DNA of 64,000 bases from Candidatus Colinaster scatohippi (GTDB taxonomy: Bacteria; Bacillota; Clostridia; Lachnospirales; Lachnospiraceae), in contig JAGHUN010000066.1 in NCBI GenBank assembly GCA_018064805.1, positions 1,680 to 65,679 of the forward strand. The letters run 5' to 3'. Position 1 is the first letter of the stretch. Each line of letters opens with the position of its first letter. This document shows positions 48,326 to 58,987 of the stretch, piece by piece. The translations under genes and the position numbers were made by a program. The notes beneath the pieces are model-generated. The model saw only the letters and a list, made by a program, of their open reading frames with translations, did no database searches and was not told the DNA's origin.

Positions 48326-49213
48326 TTAGCTCAATTTTTTTCCTGCAACAATATGAGAAAAAAATGCCGCCATACCTCTCTTTTTAATATCTGCATTGAG
48401 TTCTTTATTCATCAGCATTGCCGCAATCATCTCATAGGCCTTAGCTGACTTGGCCGTTGGATTAGCAAGTGAAACAGGAGTCTGCTGCATTACTGCCTGC
48501 GATAACTTCTCATCCTGTGGAATAGACCCAAGATATGTTAATGGAAGTTTGAGATACCTCTGAACAACAACATTCAACTTTGTAAAAAGCGATGTTCCGT
48601 CTTCAGACTTCTCAACCCTATTGGCAATAACCTTAATCTTTGAAGCTTCAGCAGAAAATCTCGGATGTCTGTTTAATGCCTTCAGCAACGAATAGGAATC
48701 CGTAATTGAGGTAGGCTCCGGAGTTGTTACAAGTAGGATTTCTCCACTGGCAACTAAAAACTCTAAAACCGCATCTGATATTCCCGCACCTGTATCTATA
48801 ATTATCACATCTGCTATCGCATCAAGCTCTGCCAGATTCTGAATAATATATACAAGATAGTCCCTACTTAGATTAGATAAACCTGCAATACCGGATCCAC
48901 CGGATATAAATCCAACCTCTCCCGGCCCCCAGGTTATTATTTCTTTTATATTTTTACCCTGATAAATCAAATCGCAGAGATTATGCTTTGGAACTGTGCC
49001 AAACATTATCTCAATATTGGCCAGACCAAAATCTGCATCCAGGATAATCACTCGCTGTCCCATTTTACGGAACTGAATTGCCAAATTAATTGCTGTATTT
49101 GACTTACCTACACCACCCTTACCGCTTGTTACAGTAATTACTCTGGCAAGAGGTCTTGGCTGTGCATTATTATTTGCTTTAACAATGTTTCTAAGCTGTT
49201 GTGCCTGATCCAT
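48326..49213 (-). CDS. flhG: MinD-like ATPase FlhG
   Basis: MDQA..LR N-terminus, SGKGGVGKS, DADFGLAN, TPEPTSITD; follows flhF. Confidence 0.93.
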   Translation of the reverse strand: MDQAQQLRNIVKANNNAQPRPLARVITVTSGKGGVGKSNTAINLAIQFRKMGQRVIILDADFGLANIEIMFGTVPKHNLCDLIYQGKNIKEIITWGPGEVGFISGGSGIAGLSNLSRDYLVYIIQNLAELDAIADVIIIDTGAGISDAVLEFLVASGEILLVTTPEPTSITDSYSLLKALNRHPRFSAEASKIKVIANRVEKSEDGTSLFTKLNVVVQRYLKLPLTYLGSIPQDEKLSQAVMQQTPVSLANPTAKSAKAYEMIAAMLMNKELNADIKKRGMAAFFSHIVAGKKLS

Positions 49214-49268
49214 TTACATCCTCCATGAATCTTTCCATGAACCATGATAAATTTTTATCATATATATA

Positions 49269-50609
49269 CTAATGACCACCCAGAATAGATTTAACTGTGG
49301 TCTGTGGATTAAATCTGTCAATATCATCCGGAACATTCTGCCCATATGTAACATAGGACAGTTCAAATCCTGTATAAAGCTTGAGATTAAGCAGATTACC
49401 AAAGGAAGTCGTCTCATCAAGCTTGGTGAAAATTATTCTGTAATCGCTCATTTCTTTATAAGTGTCGGCAATACTTGTAAGATCTCTGTACTTTGTTGTT
49501 GCACTCAGCACAAGATACACTTCACACTCTGCCATCTCATCTACTGCATGAATCATGAGATTAGTATTATTTTTCTGCTCTTCATTGTGATGAGAATGAC
49601 CTGCAGTATCTACCAGAATGTAATCATATTCATGGAATTCTTCCAAAGCCTGCTCCACCTCACCCGGGCTATATATAATTCTGAACGGAACCTCAAGGAT
49701 ATTGGCATAAGTTCTAAGCTGTTCTGCTGCCGCAATTCGGTATGTATCTGCAGTAAGCAAAGCAACTCTTTTCCTGTCTTCGACACATAGCTTTGATGCA
49801 ATCTTAGCAATTGTCGTAGTCTTACCAACTCCGGTAGGACCGACAAAATATACAATCTTCGGACCGCGCTCAGCAGGTGTAATTACTGTCGGGGTTCCGA
49901 ATTTTAATATCATCTTCTGATATATATTAGTCAGCATATAATCAAATGGCATATTAGGCTTATTCGTTTTTTCTGCTTCTTCAATGATTGCATTTGCATA
50001 CTTCTCATGAACCTCATTATCAATCATCATATTATATAGAAGCTTTGTGAACTTAATCTGCTCATTCTGTGGTTTGCCCGGTTCATCATCGTTCTTAGGT
50101 GTAGTTGTAATCTCTGTATCCGGCTCAAATTTCTTTTTTATAAGCGTCTCCAGGGAATCCAGTTTTTCCTCAAGAGCCTCCTTCTTATTAGCTGTTGCTA
50201 CAGAACTAAGCGATGCTTTTCCCTTTATATCATCTTCTTCGTCAAGTTCAATATCAGATGGAGTTTCCGCAACAAAAGAATGTCTTGTAGAAGACTTATC
50301 CGTTTTAGGCTCTGCGGGACGCGAGTTAGCTGCATTCGGCCCAACCGCTCTGGCTCTCTGCTCGTTTATCTCCTTCTGTCTTGCGGCTAACTGCTCGAGT
50401 GCTGTCATAGTTGCTGCCTTTGGTGTCGACCTTTCCTGCTCTTCCTCCAAAGCAACCGTAACCTCAACCTGTGGCGACTTAAAGAAGCCCGCAATACCTT
50501 TTCTTTTGATATTACGAACATTCATTATAACGACAGAATTCCCCAGTTCTCTTCTTGCTGCTTCTGTTGCCTCTTCTTCATTTTTTCCCTGGAATTTTTT
50601 GATTATCAT
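49269..50609 (-). CDS. flhF: Flagellar SRP-family GTPase FlhF
   Basis: GPTGVGKTTTIAK, DTYRIAA.EQL, DTAG, TKLDET, GQNVPDD. Confidence 0.96.
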   Translation of the reverse strand: MIIKKFQGKNEEEATEAARRELGNSVVIMNVRNIKRKGIAGFFKSPQVEVTVALEEEQERSTPKAATMTALEQLAARQKEINEQRARAVGPNAANSRPAEPKTDKSSTRHSFVAETPSDIELDEEDDIKGKASLSSVATANKKEALEEKLDSLETLIKKKFEPDTEITTTPKNDDEPGKPQNEQIKFTKLLYNMMIDNEVHEKYANAIIEEAEKTNKPNMPFDYMLTNIYQKMILKFGTPTVITPAERGPKIVYFVGPTGVGKTTTIAKIASKLCVEDRKRVALLTADTYRIAAAEQLRTYANILEVPFRIIYSPGEVEQALEEFHEYDYILVDTAGHSHHNEEQKNNTNLMIHAVDEMAECEVYLVLSATTKYRDLTSIADTYKEMSDYRIIFTKLDETTSFGNLLNLKLYTGFELSYVTYGQNVPDDIDRFNPQTTVKSILGGH

Positions 50610-50649
50610 ACGATTCCCATCCCATAAAATGATGCTTCCCCAATCGTGG

Positions 50650-52692
50650 TTATGCTGTTATCATACCCATCGACTGCAATTCTACATTTGATTCAATCTC
50701 ATTATACGATACCACTATCAAATCCTTGTAGTAGTCCTCTGTTAATCTCTTAAAATAAATTCTTACTATAGGTGAAGTTATTACTATCGGCGCCCTTCCC
50801 TGTTCCTCAAGTTTTTTAGTTTCTGTCTCAACAGACTTCATAATATTCTTAGTTGTATCAGGATCAAGATTCAAAAAAGCTCCTGTCTCGGTCTGTTTTA
50901 CACTACCCATAATCTTCTGCTCAAGCTTAGGATCGAGTGTCACAACACTTGTCGTCTCATTACTCGGGAAAAATTTATTGGATATAGCTCTTTTAAGCGA
51001 CTGGCGCACATACTCTGTAAGAATATCCGAATCTCTGGTTGTTGGTGCATAATCTGCCAGAGTTTCAAATATTGTCAGAAGATCTCTTATCGAAATTCCT
51101 TCCCTAAGCAGATTCTGTAATACCTTCTGAATCTCACCAACGCTAAGCATCTTAGGCACAAGCTCGTCCACAAGAGTCGGGTTTGGTTCCTTGATATTGT
51201 TGATAAGATTCTGTGTGTCCTGACGACTCAGGAGTTCTGCAATATGTTCCCTTATAACCTGTGTCAAATGGGTAGCAATAATTGAAGGCGGGTCAACAAC
51301 CGTATATCCCATACTTTCCGCACGCTCCCTCTGACTCTCACTAATCCATATAGCCGGAAGATGGAAGGATGGTTCAAAAGTCGGAATACCTGTAATCTCT
51401 TCCTCAACATATCCCGGATTCATTGCCATGTAGTGATCAAAAAGTATCTCGCCTTCACTAACCTGTATACCTTTTATCTTAATAATATACTGATTGGGAT
51501 TAAGCTGAATATTATCTCGAAGACGTATAATCGGAACAACCGTACCAAGTTCAAGCGCTATCTGGCGACGAATCATTACAACTCTGTCAAGAAGATCACC
51601 ACCCTGATTAACATCTGCAAGTGGGATAATACCATAACCAAATTCCAATTCGATAGGATCCACCTGAAGAAGCGAATTGACATTCTCAGGCTGCCTGATT
51701 TCTTCTGCGGCAACCTCTTCTTCCGTAATTTCCTCTTCTATACCGGCTGTTTCTATAGTTCCTGCAATTATTCGTCCAACTACTATAAATACGACACCAA
51801 GCGTAATAAAAATAATCGGATTAAGCGGTGTAACAATTCCTAAGAATGTAAGAACTGCACCTACCATATACATTACACGAGGAATACCAAACAGCTGACC
51901 AATAAGAACAGAGCCAAAGTCTGCATCCTTGCTTCCCTTAGTTACAAGAATACCTGTTGACAAAGATATCAGCAGGGAAGGTATCTGTGATACAAGACCG
52001 TCACCAATTGTAAGAATTACATACTTTGAAAGGGCGGCATTAATATCCATTCCCTGTCGCAACATACCCATTGCAATACCACCAATGATATTAACGGCTG
52101 TAATTATAAGGCCTGCTGTTGCATCTCCCTTTACATACTTAACCGCACCATCCATGGAACCGAAGAAGCTACTCTCCTGCTGGATTTTATCTCTTCTTCT
52201 TTTAGCTTCTGCATCATTAATTGCGCCGGTATTAAGGTCTGCATCAATCGCCATCTGCTTACCGGGCATGGCATCAAGTGTGAATCTGGCCGTAACTTCC
52301 GCTACTCTTTCAGAACCCTTATTGATAACCATAAACTGAATAATAATAAGAATTACGAATACAATCGCACCAATAATCAGGTCACCGCCACCAACATATT
52401 CTCCGAAGGTCTGAACTACATTTCCCGGATTACCTGTTGTCAGAATCAGCTTGGTCGATGATACGTTAAGACCAATTCTGAATACTGTTGTAAAAAGAAG
52501 CAGTGTCGGGAAATATGACATATCCAGAACTTCCTTAGAGAACATACAGGTAAACAGAATCGTGAACGCCAGCGCTATATTAAATGCAAGCAACACATCC
52601 AAAAGAATCGAAGGAATGGAAATAATAAACATAATAAAAGCTGTAAGTACATATATTGCAACACCTACATCAGCGCCATATTTTTTTAGCAT
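50650..52692 (-). CDS. flhA: Flagellar export protein FlhA
   Basis: RVAEVTARFTLDAMPGKQMAIDADL, GSMDGA.K.VKGD, IGDGLVSQIP. Confidence 0.97.
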   Translation of the reverse strand: MLKKYGADVGVAIYVLTAFIMFIISIPSILLDVLLAFNIALAFTILFTCMFSKEVLDMSYFPTLLLFTTVFRIGLNVSSTKLILTTGNPGNVVQTFGEYVGGGDLIIGAIVFVILIIIQFMVINKGSERVAEVTARFTLDAMPGKQMAIDADLNTGAINDAEAKRRRDKIQQESSFFGSMDGAVKYVKGDATAGLIITAVNIIGGIAMGMLRQGMDINAALSKYVILTIGDGLVSQIPSLLISLSTGILVTKGSKDADFGSVLIGQLFGIPRVMYMVGAVLTFLGIVTPLNPIIFITLGVVFIVVGRIIAGTIETAGIEEEITEEEVAAEEIRQPENVNSLLQVDPIELEFGYGIIPLADVNQGGDLLDRVVMIRRQIALELGTVVPIIRLRDNIQLNPNQYIIKIKGIQVSEGEILFDHYMAMNPGYVEEEITGIPTFEPSFHLPAIWISESQRERAESMGYTVVDPPSIIATHLTQVIREHIAELLSRQDTQNLINNIKEPNPTLVDELVPKMLSVGEIQKVLQNLLREGISIRDLLTIFETLADYAPTTRDSDILTEYVRQSLKRAISNKFFPSNETTSVVTLDPKLEQKIMGSVKQTETGAFLNLDPDTTKNIMKSVETETKKLEEQGRAPIVITSPIVRIYFKRLTEDYYKDLIVVSYNEIESNVELQSMGMITA

Positions 52693-52735
52693 ATTTCCTC
52701 CTTCCCGATTCACTCAAATCATATTATAAATTTAC

Positions 52736-53845
52736 TTATGAGGACTTAACACGCCCTTCAGTATGATATACATATGCCAATACATCAGCAACCGCATAAT
52801 ACAACTCCGGTGGCACCATTTGATCAATATCAACATTGGCATATAGCATTCTGGCAAGAGGTTTGTTTTCCACAATCATTACATCATTTTCTCTTGCAAT
52901 TTCCTTTATCTTCTGAGCTACAAAATCAGCACCCTTGGCAGTAACTACAGGCGCCTCTGCCAACTCCGGATCATACTTAACCGCTACGGCATAATGCGTT
53001 GGATTTGTGATAACAACATCCGCAGACGGAACCGACTGCATCATTCTTCGCTGACTTGCTTCACGCATACGCTGCTTAATTTTTCCCTTGATTTCAGGAT
53101 CACCTTCAGACTGCTTGTACTCATCCTTGATTTCCTGCTTGCTCATCTTCATATCTTTATTAAATTTGAACTTCTGATATCCAAAGTCAGCCGCAGCAAG
53201 AATCATATATACTGCAGAAATTCTGATTCCAAGATCAATGACCGTATTACCGATAGCCTGCACTGCCTGCATCATAGTCATATCATACAAAGAAAAAAGA
53301 ATATATGTCTTGTCTACAACATATGAATAAGCAACATAACCAATGAGGGCAATCTTCGCTACAGATTTAAAAAGTTCCACCAGCGACTGGGCTGAAAAAA
53401 TACGTTTAAAACCATTTATAGGATTAAGCTTACTCCCCTTTGGTTTTAATGGTTTAGCCGTAGGATGCCATTTTACCTGAATCAGGTCACTTACAAATGC
53501 AACCACGACACCCACTGCAAATATGGGAAGTAATATTATAAGAAGCCTCACCATAACCGACCTTAATACCACAGTCAGATCCCCATCCGGTGCCGTTCCT
53601 CCAAAAAGTCGGCATACCTCAGGTATTTTGTCATAGACCATGCTAAATGATTCAATAAACTGAATCCCCATTCGACCTATCCAAATCTTTAACAGCAGAA
53701 AAAGGGCTAGTAATCCTAACCCATTTGCAATCTCTTTGGATTTTGCAACCTGACCCTCGTCTCTGGCATCATCCAGTTTCTTCTGGGTAGGTTCCTCTGT
53801 CTTCTCTCCGCCCTCATCATTCGGTGCGAAGAACTGCAGATCCAT
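52736..53845 (-). CDS. flhB: Flagellar export protein FlhB (start codon uncertain)
   Basis: EKTEEPT.KK...AR.EGQV.KS, EGDPEIK, NPTH autocleavage motif. Confidence 0.95.
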   Translation of the reverse strand: MDLQFFAPNDEGGEKTEEPTQKKLDDARDEGQVAKSKEIANGLGLLALFLLLKIWIGRMGIQFIESFSMVYDKIPEVCRLFGGTAPDGDLTVVLRSVMVRLLIILLPIFAVGVVVAFVSDLIQVKWHPTAKPLKPKGSKLNPINGFKRIFSAQSLVELFKSVAKIALIGYVAYSYVVDKTYILFSLYDMTMMQAVQAIGNTVIDLGIRISAVYMILAAADFGYQKFKFNKDMKMSKQEIKDEYKQSEGDPEIKGKIKQRMREASQRRMMQSVPSADVVITNPTHYAVAVKYDPELAEAPVVTAKGADFVAQKIKEIARENDVMIVENKPLARMLYANVDIDQMVPPELYYAVADVLAYVYHTEGRVKSS

Positions 53846-53877
53846 TGATAATCGAAGTGTATATTCAGTTACTTTTT

Positions 53878-54660
53878 CTACAGCATTGTATTGACGAATG
53901 ATGCCATCATTGTCTTCATCTCTGAATAAATCAGATTTGATACACTTGGCAGCATTCCTATTGTAAAAAACAGAATACATAAACCTACCAGTACCTTAAT
54001 CTGCATACCAACCGAAAACATATTCATCTGCGGAGCAACTCTTGCCATAATACCCAAAACAGCATTCAGCAAAATCATCACTCCAAATACAGGAAGACAT
54101 ATTCTGAATCCAATCGCAATATAATCGCCCATAAAGCTTACACACGATTCAAGCAACCTATCTGTGTTAATTATGGCACCATTAACAGGAACCAGCTCGA
54201 AGGTTTCTGCAAGAGCCTTTAGCAGATATCTGTGCATTCCGGATAAAAAAAGCATCAGTAGGACACCATACTGATAAATAACACCCGAAACACTACTTTG
54301 CTGTCTGGTAGCCGGATCAACAAGATTGACCATTGAAAGTCCCGACTCCATATCTATAATACGTCCGGCAAAATCAATAATCGTATTACAAATCGATGTT
54401 GAATATCCAATCACCAGACCGGTAAGAGCTTCCTTAAGCACAATCACCGCATATCCCCAGACTGTCATATACTGCAAATCCGGATGTTCTCCGATCACAC
54501 CATACATAAGCCCGGAAAGAAATATACTAAATCCAACCTTATACTGTCTCGGAACGCCCGACTGTGAGAAAAAAGGGGCAGTAAATATAAACATCGTAAT
54601 TCTGATAAGAATGCACAAAAAGTATTCAAGATTGTTCAAATCAAACGAATAATTCAGCAT
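53878..54660 (-). CDS. fliR: Flagellar export protein FliR
   Basis: Hydrophobic, AG.IID...GL....VDP, ARVAPQMNMF; position in fliP-fliQ-fliR-flhB. Confidence 0.94.
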   Translation of the reverse strand: MLNYSFDLNNLEYFLCILIRITMFIFTAPFFSQSGVPRQYKVGFSIFLSGLMYGVIGEHPDLQYMTVWGYAVIVLKEALTGLVIGYSTSICNTIIDFAGRIIDMESGLSMVNLVDPATRQQSSVSGVIYQYGVLLMLFLSGMHRYLLKALAETFELVPVNGAIINTDRLLESCVSFMGDYIAIGFRICLPVFGVMILLNAVLGIMARVAPQMNMFSVGMQIKVLVGLCILFFTIGMLPSVSNLIYSEMKTMMASFVNTML

Positions 54661-54687
54661 CTTTTTTCCTCAAAATCCGTCAAATTA

Positions 54688-54957
54688 CTATCTTATATAC
54701 AAACTAAAATCTGCCCAAAGATTAGTCATATATTCAATCATATTATTAAGCATCCAATGTCCTAACAAAATTAAAGCAAGGAAAATCCCCAAAACCTTAG
54801 GAACAAAGGTCAGAGTCTGCTCCTGAATAGAAGTCACAGCCTGAAAAATACTGACAATAAGTCCGATAGAAAGCGACACAAGCAGTACCGGTGCAGCAGT
54901 AATTACAATTGTATAGAGGCCCTGCCCCATTATTCCTGTTACGTCATTAACTGTCAT
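54688..54957 (-). CDS. fliQ: Flagellar export protein FliQ
   Basis: GLIVSIFQAVTSIQEQTLTFVPK. Confidence 0.96.
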   Translation of the reverse strand: MTVNDVTGIMGQGLYTIVITAAPVLLVSLSIGLIVSIFQAVTSIQEQTLTFVPKVLGIFLALILLGHWMLNNMIEYMTNLWADFSLYIR

Positions 54958-54978
54958 TAACTGTTACCTCTTACCTAA

Positions 54979-55881
54979 TCAGTAGAATGTTCTAACCAGG
55001 TTGCCTATTACAAGATTCCATCCATCCGCAAGAACAAACAAAAGAATCTTAAACGGCATGGAAATGGTTGTCGGCGGAAGCATCATCATACCCATACTCA
55101 TAAGTGTTGATGCAACTACCATATCTATAACAATAAACGGAATATATATCAAAAAACCGATAATAAAAGCTGTCCTAAGCTCACTTACCATAAAGCTTGG
55201 AACCAAAACGGCATTAGGAATATCATCTATATTTCCTGTCCACTCAGTTTTGGATATTTCCATAAACATCTGAACATCCTTAGTCTGAGTCTGTGCATAC
55301 ATAAATTCCCTGATTGGTTCCATAGCATTAACAAATGCTGCTTCCTGAGTTATTTCACCTCTGTCAAGCGGTTCGATAGCTTCAAGTCTAACCTTATTAA
55401 TAACAGGAGACATTATGAAAAAGGTTAAAAACAATGCCAAACCAATAATTACCTGGTTAGGCGGTGCCGTCTGCGTATTCAGCGCATTTCTTGTAAAATG
55501 AAGAACAATTATTATTCGCGTAAAGCTGGTAAGACATATTATAAGAATCGGTGCAAGGCCAATCAGCGTTAATGTAATAAGAATACGCAATGCGCCGTTA
55601 ATTGTTCCATTACCGTTATCGTAGGTTACCGTAACAGTATTGGCAATATTTAATTTCTTAAGATCGTCTCCACTGTCTGAACTGCCCGGATCTGTTATAT
55701 TGGTTCTCTCATCAGTTGTTCCGGTAAGTTCAGCATTAAGTTCTCCATCAGCAACAACATCCTGCGTCTCTGCAGCATATATATTAACCTTCGGAAATAT
55801 AAACAATATGCCCACCAATAACAGTAGGCATATTCTTTTCAATAATTTAGTTTTTTCTAATAATGTAATACTATTCATCAT
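54979..55881 (-). CDS. fliP: Flagellar export protein FliP with an extended N-terminus
   Basis: TSFTRIIIV, PPNQV, SELRTAF.IGF, MGMMMLPP, DGW. Start set at MMNSIT, overlapping the fliO stop. Confidence 0.95.
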   Translation of the reverse strand: MMNSITLLEKTKLLKRICLLLLVGILFIFPKVNIYAAETQDVVADGELNAELTGTTDERTNITDPGSSDSGDDLKKLNIANTVTVTYDNGNGTINGALRILITLTLIGLAPILIICLTSFTRIIIVLHFTRNALNTQTAPPNQVIIGLALFLTFFIMSPVINKVRLEAIEPLDRGEITQEAAFVNAMEPIREFMYAQTQTKDVQMFMEISKTEWTGNIDDIPNAVLVPSFMVSELRTAFIIGFLIYIPFIVIDMVVASTLMSMGMMMLPPTTISMPFKILLFVLADGWNLVIGNLVRTFY

Positions 55882-56269
55882 TACGGTCGCTGTCCTTATG
55901 CTGCTTGCCACCTTCCGGCATTCCCATACCGGCTTTTGCCAGAATGCTCTTGAAATCAGCAATCTTCACAGTGTTATCCTGCTTCACTACTATCTCATCC
56001 TCAGACAGTTCGCAAAGAAGCGATACATTTTCCTTTGATACAGCTACCGCGACATATTTAGATCCAATATGTATAATCTCGACAAAAGTATTAGGTGAAA
56101 TTCGTGCACTGTCTATTATCTCAATATTAGCACCATTCCCCTGCTGCTTCTGATAATTGCCGAGCCATTTCGTCACTAAAAAAGTCACGATTAATACAAC
56201 TGCAAATATCAGCAGTACAGTTATAAACTGAACCACCGAATCTGCTTTGTCAGCTATTGAAATAAGCAT
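55871..56269 (-). CDS. fliO: Flagellar biosynthesis protein FliO/FliZ
   Basis: Single N-terminal TM plus a short beta domain; located between cheY and fliP. Confidence 0.85.
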   Translation of the reverse strand: MLISIADKADSVVQFITVLLIFAVVLIVTFLVTKWLGNYQKQQGNGANIEIIDSARISPNTFVEIIHIGSKYVAVAVSKENVSLLCELSEDEIVVKQDNTVKIADFKSILAKAGMGMPEGGKQHKDSDRNDE

Positions 56270-56271
56270 TA

Positions 56272-56634
56272 TTAACCAACTACCTTCTTAACAGCCTCTA
56301 ATACACGATCAGCCTGGAATGGCTTAACAATAAAGTCCTTAGCACCATTCTGAATTGATTCAATAACCATAGCCTGCTGACCCATCGCTGAACACATAAT
56401 AACCTTTGCATCTGAATCGCCTGACTTAATAGCCTTAAGCGCCTGAATACCATCCATCTCAGGCATTGTGATATCCATAAGTACAAGGTCTGGCTTGAGT
56501 TCGTTATACTTCTCAACGCCCTTTGCACCATTTTCAGCTTCCCCCACTACATTATATCCGTTTTTAGTAAGGATATCCTTAATCATCATACGCATGAAAG
56601 CCGCATCATCACAGATTAAAATATTCTTTGCCAT
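56272..56634 (-). CDS. cheY: Chemotaxis response regulator CheY
   Basis: DDAAFMRMMIKDIL, MDITMPEMDG, CSAMGQQAMV, VKPF; follows fliY. Confidence 0.96.
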   Translation of the reverse strand: MAKNILICDDAAFMRMMIKDILTKNGYNVVGEAENGAKGVEKYNELKPDLVLMDITMPEMDGIQALKAIKSGDSDAKVIMCSAMGQQAMVIESIQNGAKDFIVKPFQADRVLEAVKKVVG

Positions 56635-56655
56635 AATTTACTACACTCCTAACTT

Positions 56656-57966
56656 TTATTTGGTGATCTCCGTTACACGAATACCGAAACTTTCTTCAAT
56701 TACTACAACTTCGCCCTTGGCAACAAACTTGCCGTTAACAAGAACATCTATAGGTTCTCCAGCAATCTTATCGAGTTCAATGATTGTTCCCGGTGAGAAA
56801 TCAAGAATCTCTGCAATTGATTTTCTCGTTCGACCGAGTTCTACTGTTACCTCAAGAGGTACATCCAGAATCAAATCAATGTTCTCATTGCTAGCTAACG
56901 CTCCTAAATTGCCCTGGAAACTCTCGAACTGTGCAGGTTGATAATTCATTCCCTGATTCGGCATTCCCATCATTGGCATGCCCATCATCGGCATTCCATA
57001 TCCAGGCATCATCGGCATTCCCTGCATTGCCATATTGGGGTCCATTGCAGGCATTCCCATCATTGGCTGTGCTGCCATATCCGGCATCGGAGCCGCAGCA
57101 GGTGCCATCGCAGGTGCCGGTGTTGGCGTAGGTGGTGTATCGACCACCGGCGGTGTATATGCTTCAACCTTTGGTGCTTCCGGTTCAGGCTCAGGTTCTT
57201 CCGTACCGAACAGGTCTCCGCCCATAAAGGTTTGAACAATTTCTTTAGCAAAATCAATCGGATACAACTGAAGGATCTGGCTATCTACAAGTTCATCAAT
57301 CTGCATTCTGAATGCAATCTTTACAAACGTTCCATTAAGGAAGTCCGCAACTGATGAACCCTTAATCTCATTGTCCTGCATATCAATCAGCTGTGCAACC
57401 GGTGGAGATATATCAATCATCTTACCCAACATCTGCGAAAGTGATGTTGCAGATGAACCCATCATCTGATTCATTGCTTCCGAAATGGCTGAAAGATGTA
57501 ACTCTCCAAGTTCTCCATCCGTATTGGTTCCATCACCACCCATCATAAGATCAGTAATGACTTTAACATCATGCTCTGTCAGAATAAGGATATTCGAACC
57601 ATCCAGACCACTTGTATATTTAATCTGAATAAAAACACAAGGCCTTTCTTTGTTCTGCTCCTGTAATTCCGGCCAATTACTTAATGTAACAACAGGTGTT
57701 GTAATATTAACCTTTTTATTAACAAGGGAGAATAGAGTTGTTGCAGATGTTCCCATGCTAATGTTGGCCACTTCACCAATTGCATCGCGTTCAATGTCAT
57801 TCAGTTCGAAATCGTCATCAACAACGACAGCAGGTGATGGTTCAAATGCCGGTGCCGGTTCTGGTTCCGGTTCACTGACCGGTTCCGGTTCTGGCGGCAT
57901 CTCGCCATTAGCCATTCCGTTAAGCAGAGCATTTATCTCGTCCTGAGATAAAATTCCACCATCCAT
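56656..57966 (-). CDS. fliY: Flagellar switch phosphatase FliY (CheC-like plus FliN domains)
   Basis: LSQDEINALL peptide, DAIGEVANI and SAISEAMNQ, C-terminal FliN domain (DVPLEVTVELG...GEVVVIEESFGIR). Confidence 0.94.
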   Translation of the reverse strand: MDGGILSQDEINALLNGMANGEMPPEPEPVSEPEPEPAPAFEPSPAVVVDDDFELNDIERDAIGEVANISMGTSATTLFSLVNKKVNITTPVVTLSNWPELQEQNKERPCVFIQIKYTSGLDGSNILILTEHDVKVITDLMMGGDGTNTDGELGELHLSAISEAMNQMMGSSATSLSQMLGKMIDISPPVAQLIDMQDNEIKGSSVADFLNGTFVKIAFRMQIDELVDSQILQLYPIDFAKEIVQTFMGGDLFGTEEPEPEPEAPKVEAYTPPVVDTPPTPTPAPAMAPAAAPMPDMAAQPMMGMPAMDPNMAMQGMPMMPGYGMPMMGMPMMGMPNQGMNYQPAQFESFQGNLGALASNENIDLILDVPLEVTVELGRTRKSIAEILDFSPGTIIELDKIAGEPIDVLVNGKFVAKGEVVVIEESFGIRVTEITK

Positions 57967-57972
57967 ACGTTT

Positions 57973-58953
57973 CTATTCCTCCTCTCTTACGACCGATGTT
58001 ATCCGGACAGCATAATTATCATCGCTCTTACCGGGCATAGCCGTAAATTTTTTCATATTGCCCACGTATACGGACAATTCTTCATTGGCCCTAGTATCTA
58101 ATCTAATTATATCACCACATTGAAGATTAACAAAGTCATTTACAGTAATTACGCTACGACCAAGAACAGCTTTAACCGGAGCATCAACTCTTCTGATCAT
58201 AGACTCAACATACCGAGAGAAATCCTCATCACTTGTCTCTTTCATTGTTGAATACCAGAACTTTGTATTCAACTTATCCATAACATTTTCAACCGTTACG
58301 AACGGAAGACAGATGTTCATAAATCCCTCTACATCGCCAATCTTAACATTCAGCGTAACAATCGCTATCATATCATTCGGCGCAATAATCTGAGCGAACT
58401 GTGGATTCGTCTCTATTCTCTCAAGGAATGGTTCTATATCCACAACGTTCTTCCAGGGATCCTTCATTAACTGCATACAGAGAATCATAATTTTCTCAAG
58501 AATTACGAGCTCTATATCAGAAAAATCTCTCTCTTTATCAATCGGAACACCCTGACCACCCAACATTCTGTCAATCATGGCAAAACCAAGATTCGGAGCA
58601 ATCTCTATGACAACCTGACCCTGAAGTGGTCTGAAATTAACAATACCAAGTATTACAGGGTTAGAAAGTGCATTCGAGAACTCTGAAAAAACAACCGTTT
58701 CTGAACTGGCTACCGATATCTGCACGCTCTTACGCAAATACAGCGGCAGATTCGTAGACAAAAGTCGTCCATAGTGTTCATATATAATTTCTAATGTACG
58801 TAAATGCTCTTTAGAGAACTTAGCAGGACGGGCAAAGTCATAATTACGAACCTGCTTTTCGTCCTTTTTAGACATCTCTTCAGCATCTAACTCACCGGTA
58901 CTCAAGGCAGCCAACAGGCTGTCTATCTCGCTCTGAGATAATACCTCACCCAA
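57973..58953 (-). CDS. fliM: Flagellar motor switch protein FliM
   Basis: VLSQSEIDSLL, YDFARP.KFSKE, IDRMLGG; TTG start behind GGAGG. Confidence 0.96.
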   Translation of the reverse strand: MGEVLSQSEIDSLLAALSTGELDAEEMSKKDEKQVRNYDFARPAKFSKEHLRTLEIIYEHYGRLLSTNLPLYLRKSVQISVASSETVVFSEFSNALSNPVILGIVNFRPLQGQVVIEIAPNLGFAMIDRMLGGQGVPIDKERDFSDIELVILEKIMILCMQLMKDPWKNVVDIEPFLERIETNPQFAQIIAPNDMIAIVTLNVKIGDVEGFMNICLPFVTVENVMDKLNTKFWYSTMKETSDEDFSRYVESMIRRVDAPVKAVLGRSVITVNDFVNLQCGDIIRLDTRANEELSVYVGNMKKFTAMPGKSDDNYAVRITSVVREEE

Positions 58954-58987
58954 GCAGGCTCACCTCCCCGTTAGTAAGATTTATATC

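Noticed and set aside
53846-53980. Long N-terminal extension of flhB as given in the ORF track
   Set aside because: It overlaps fliR by about 100 nt and shows no FlhB-like sequence.
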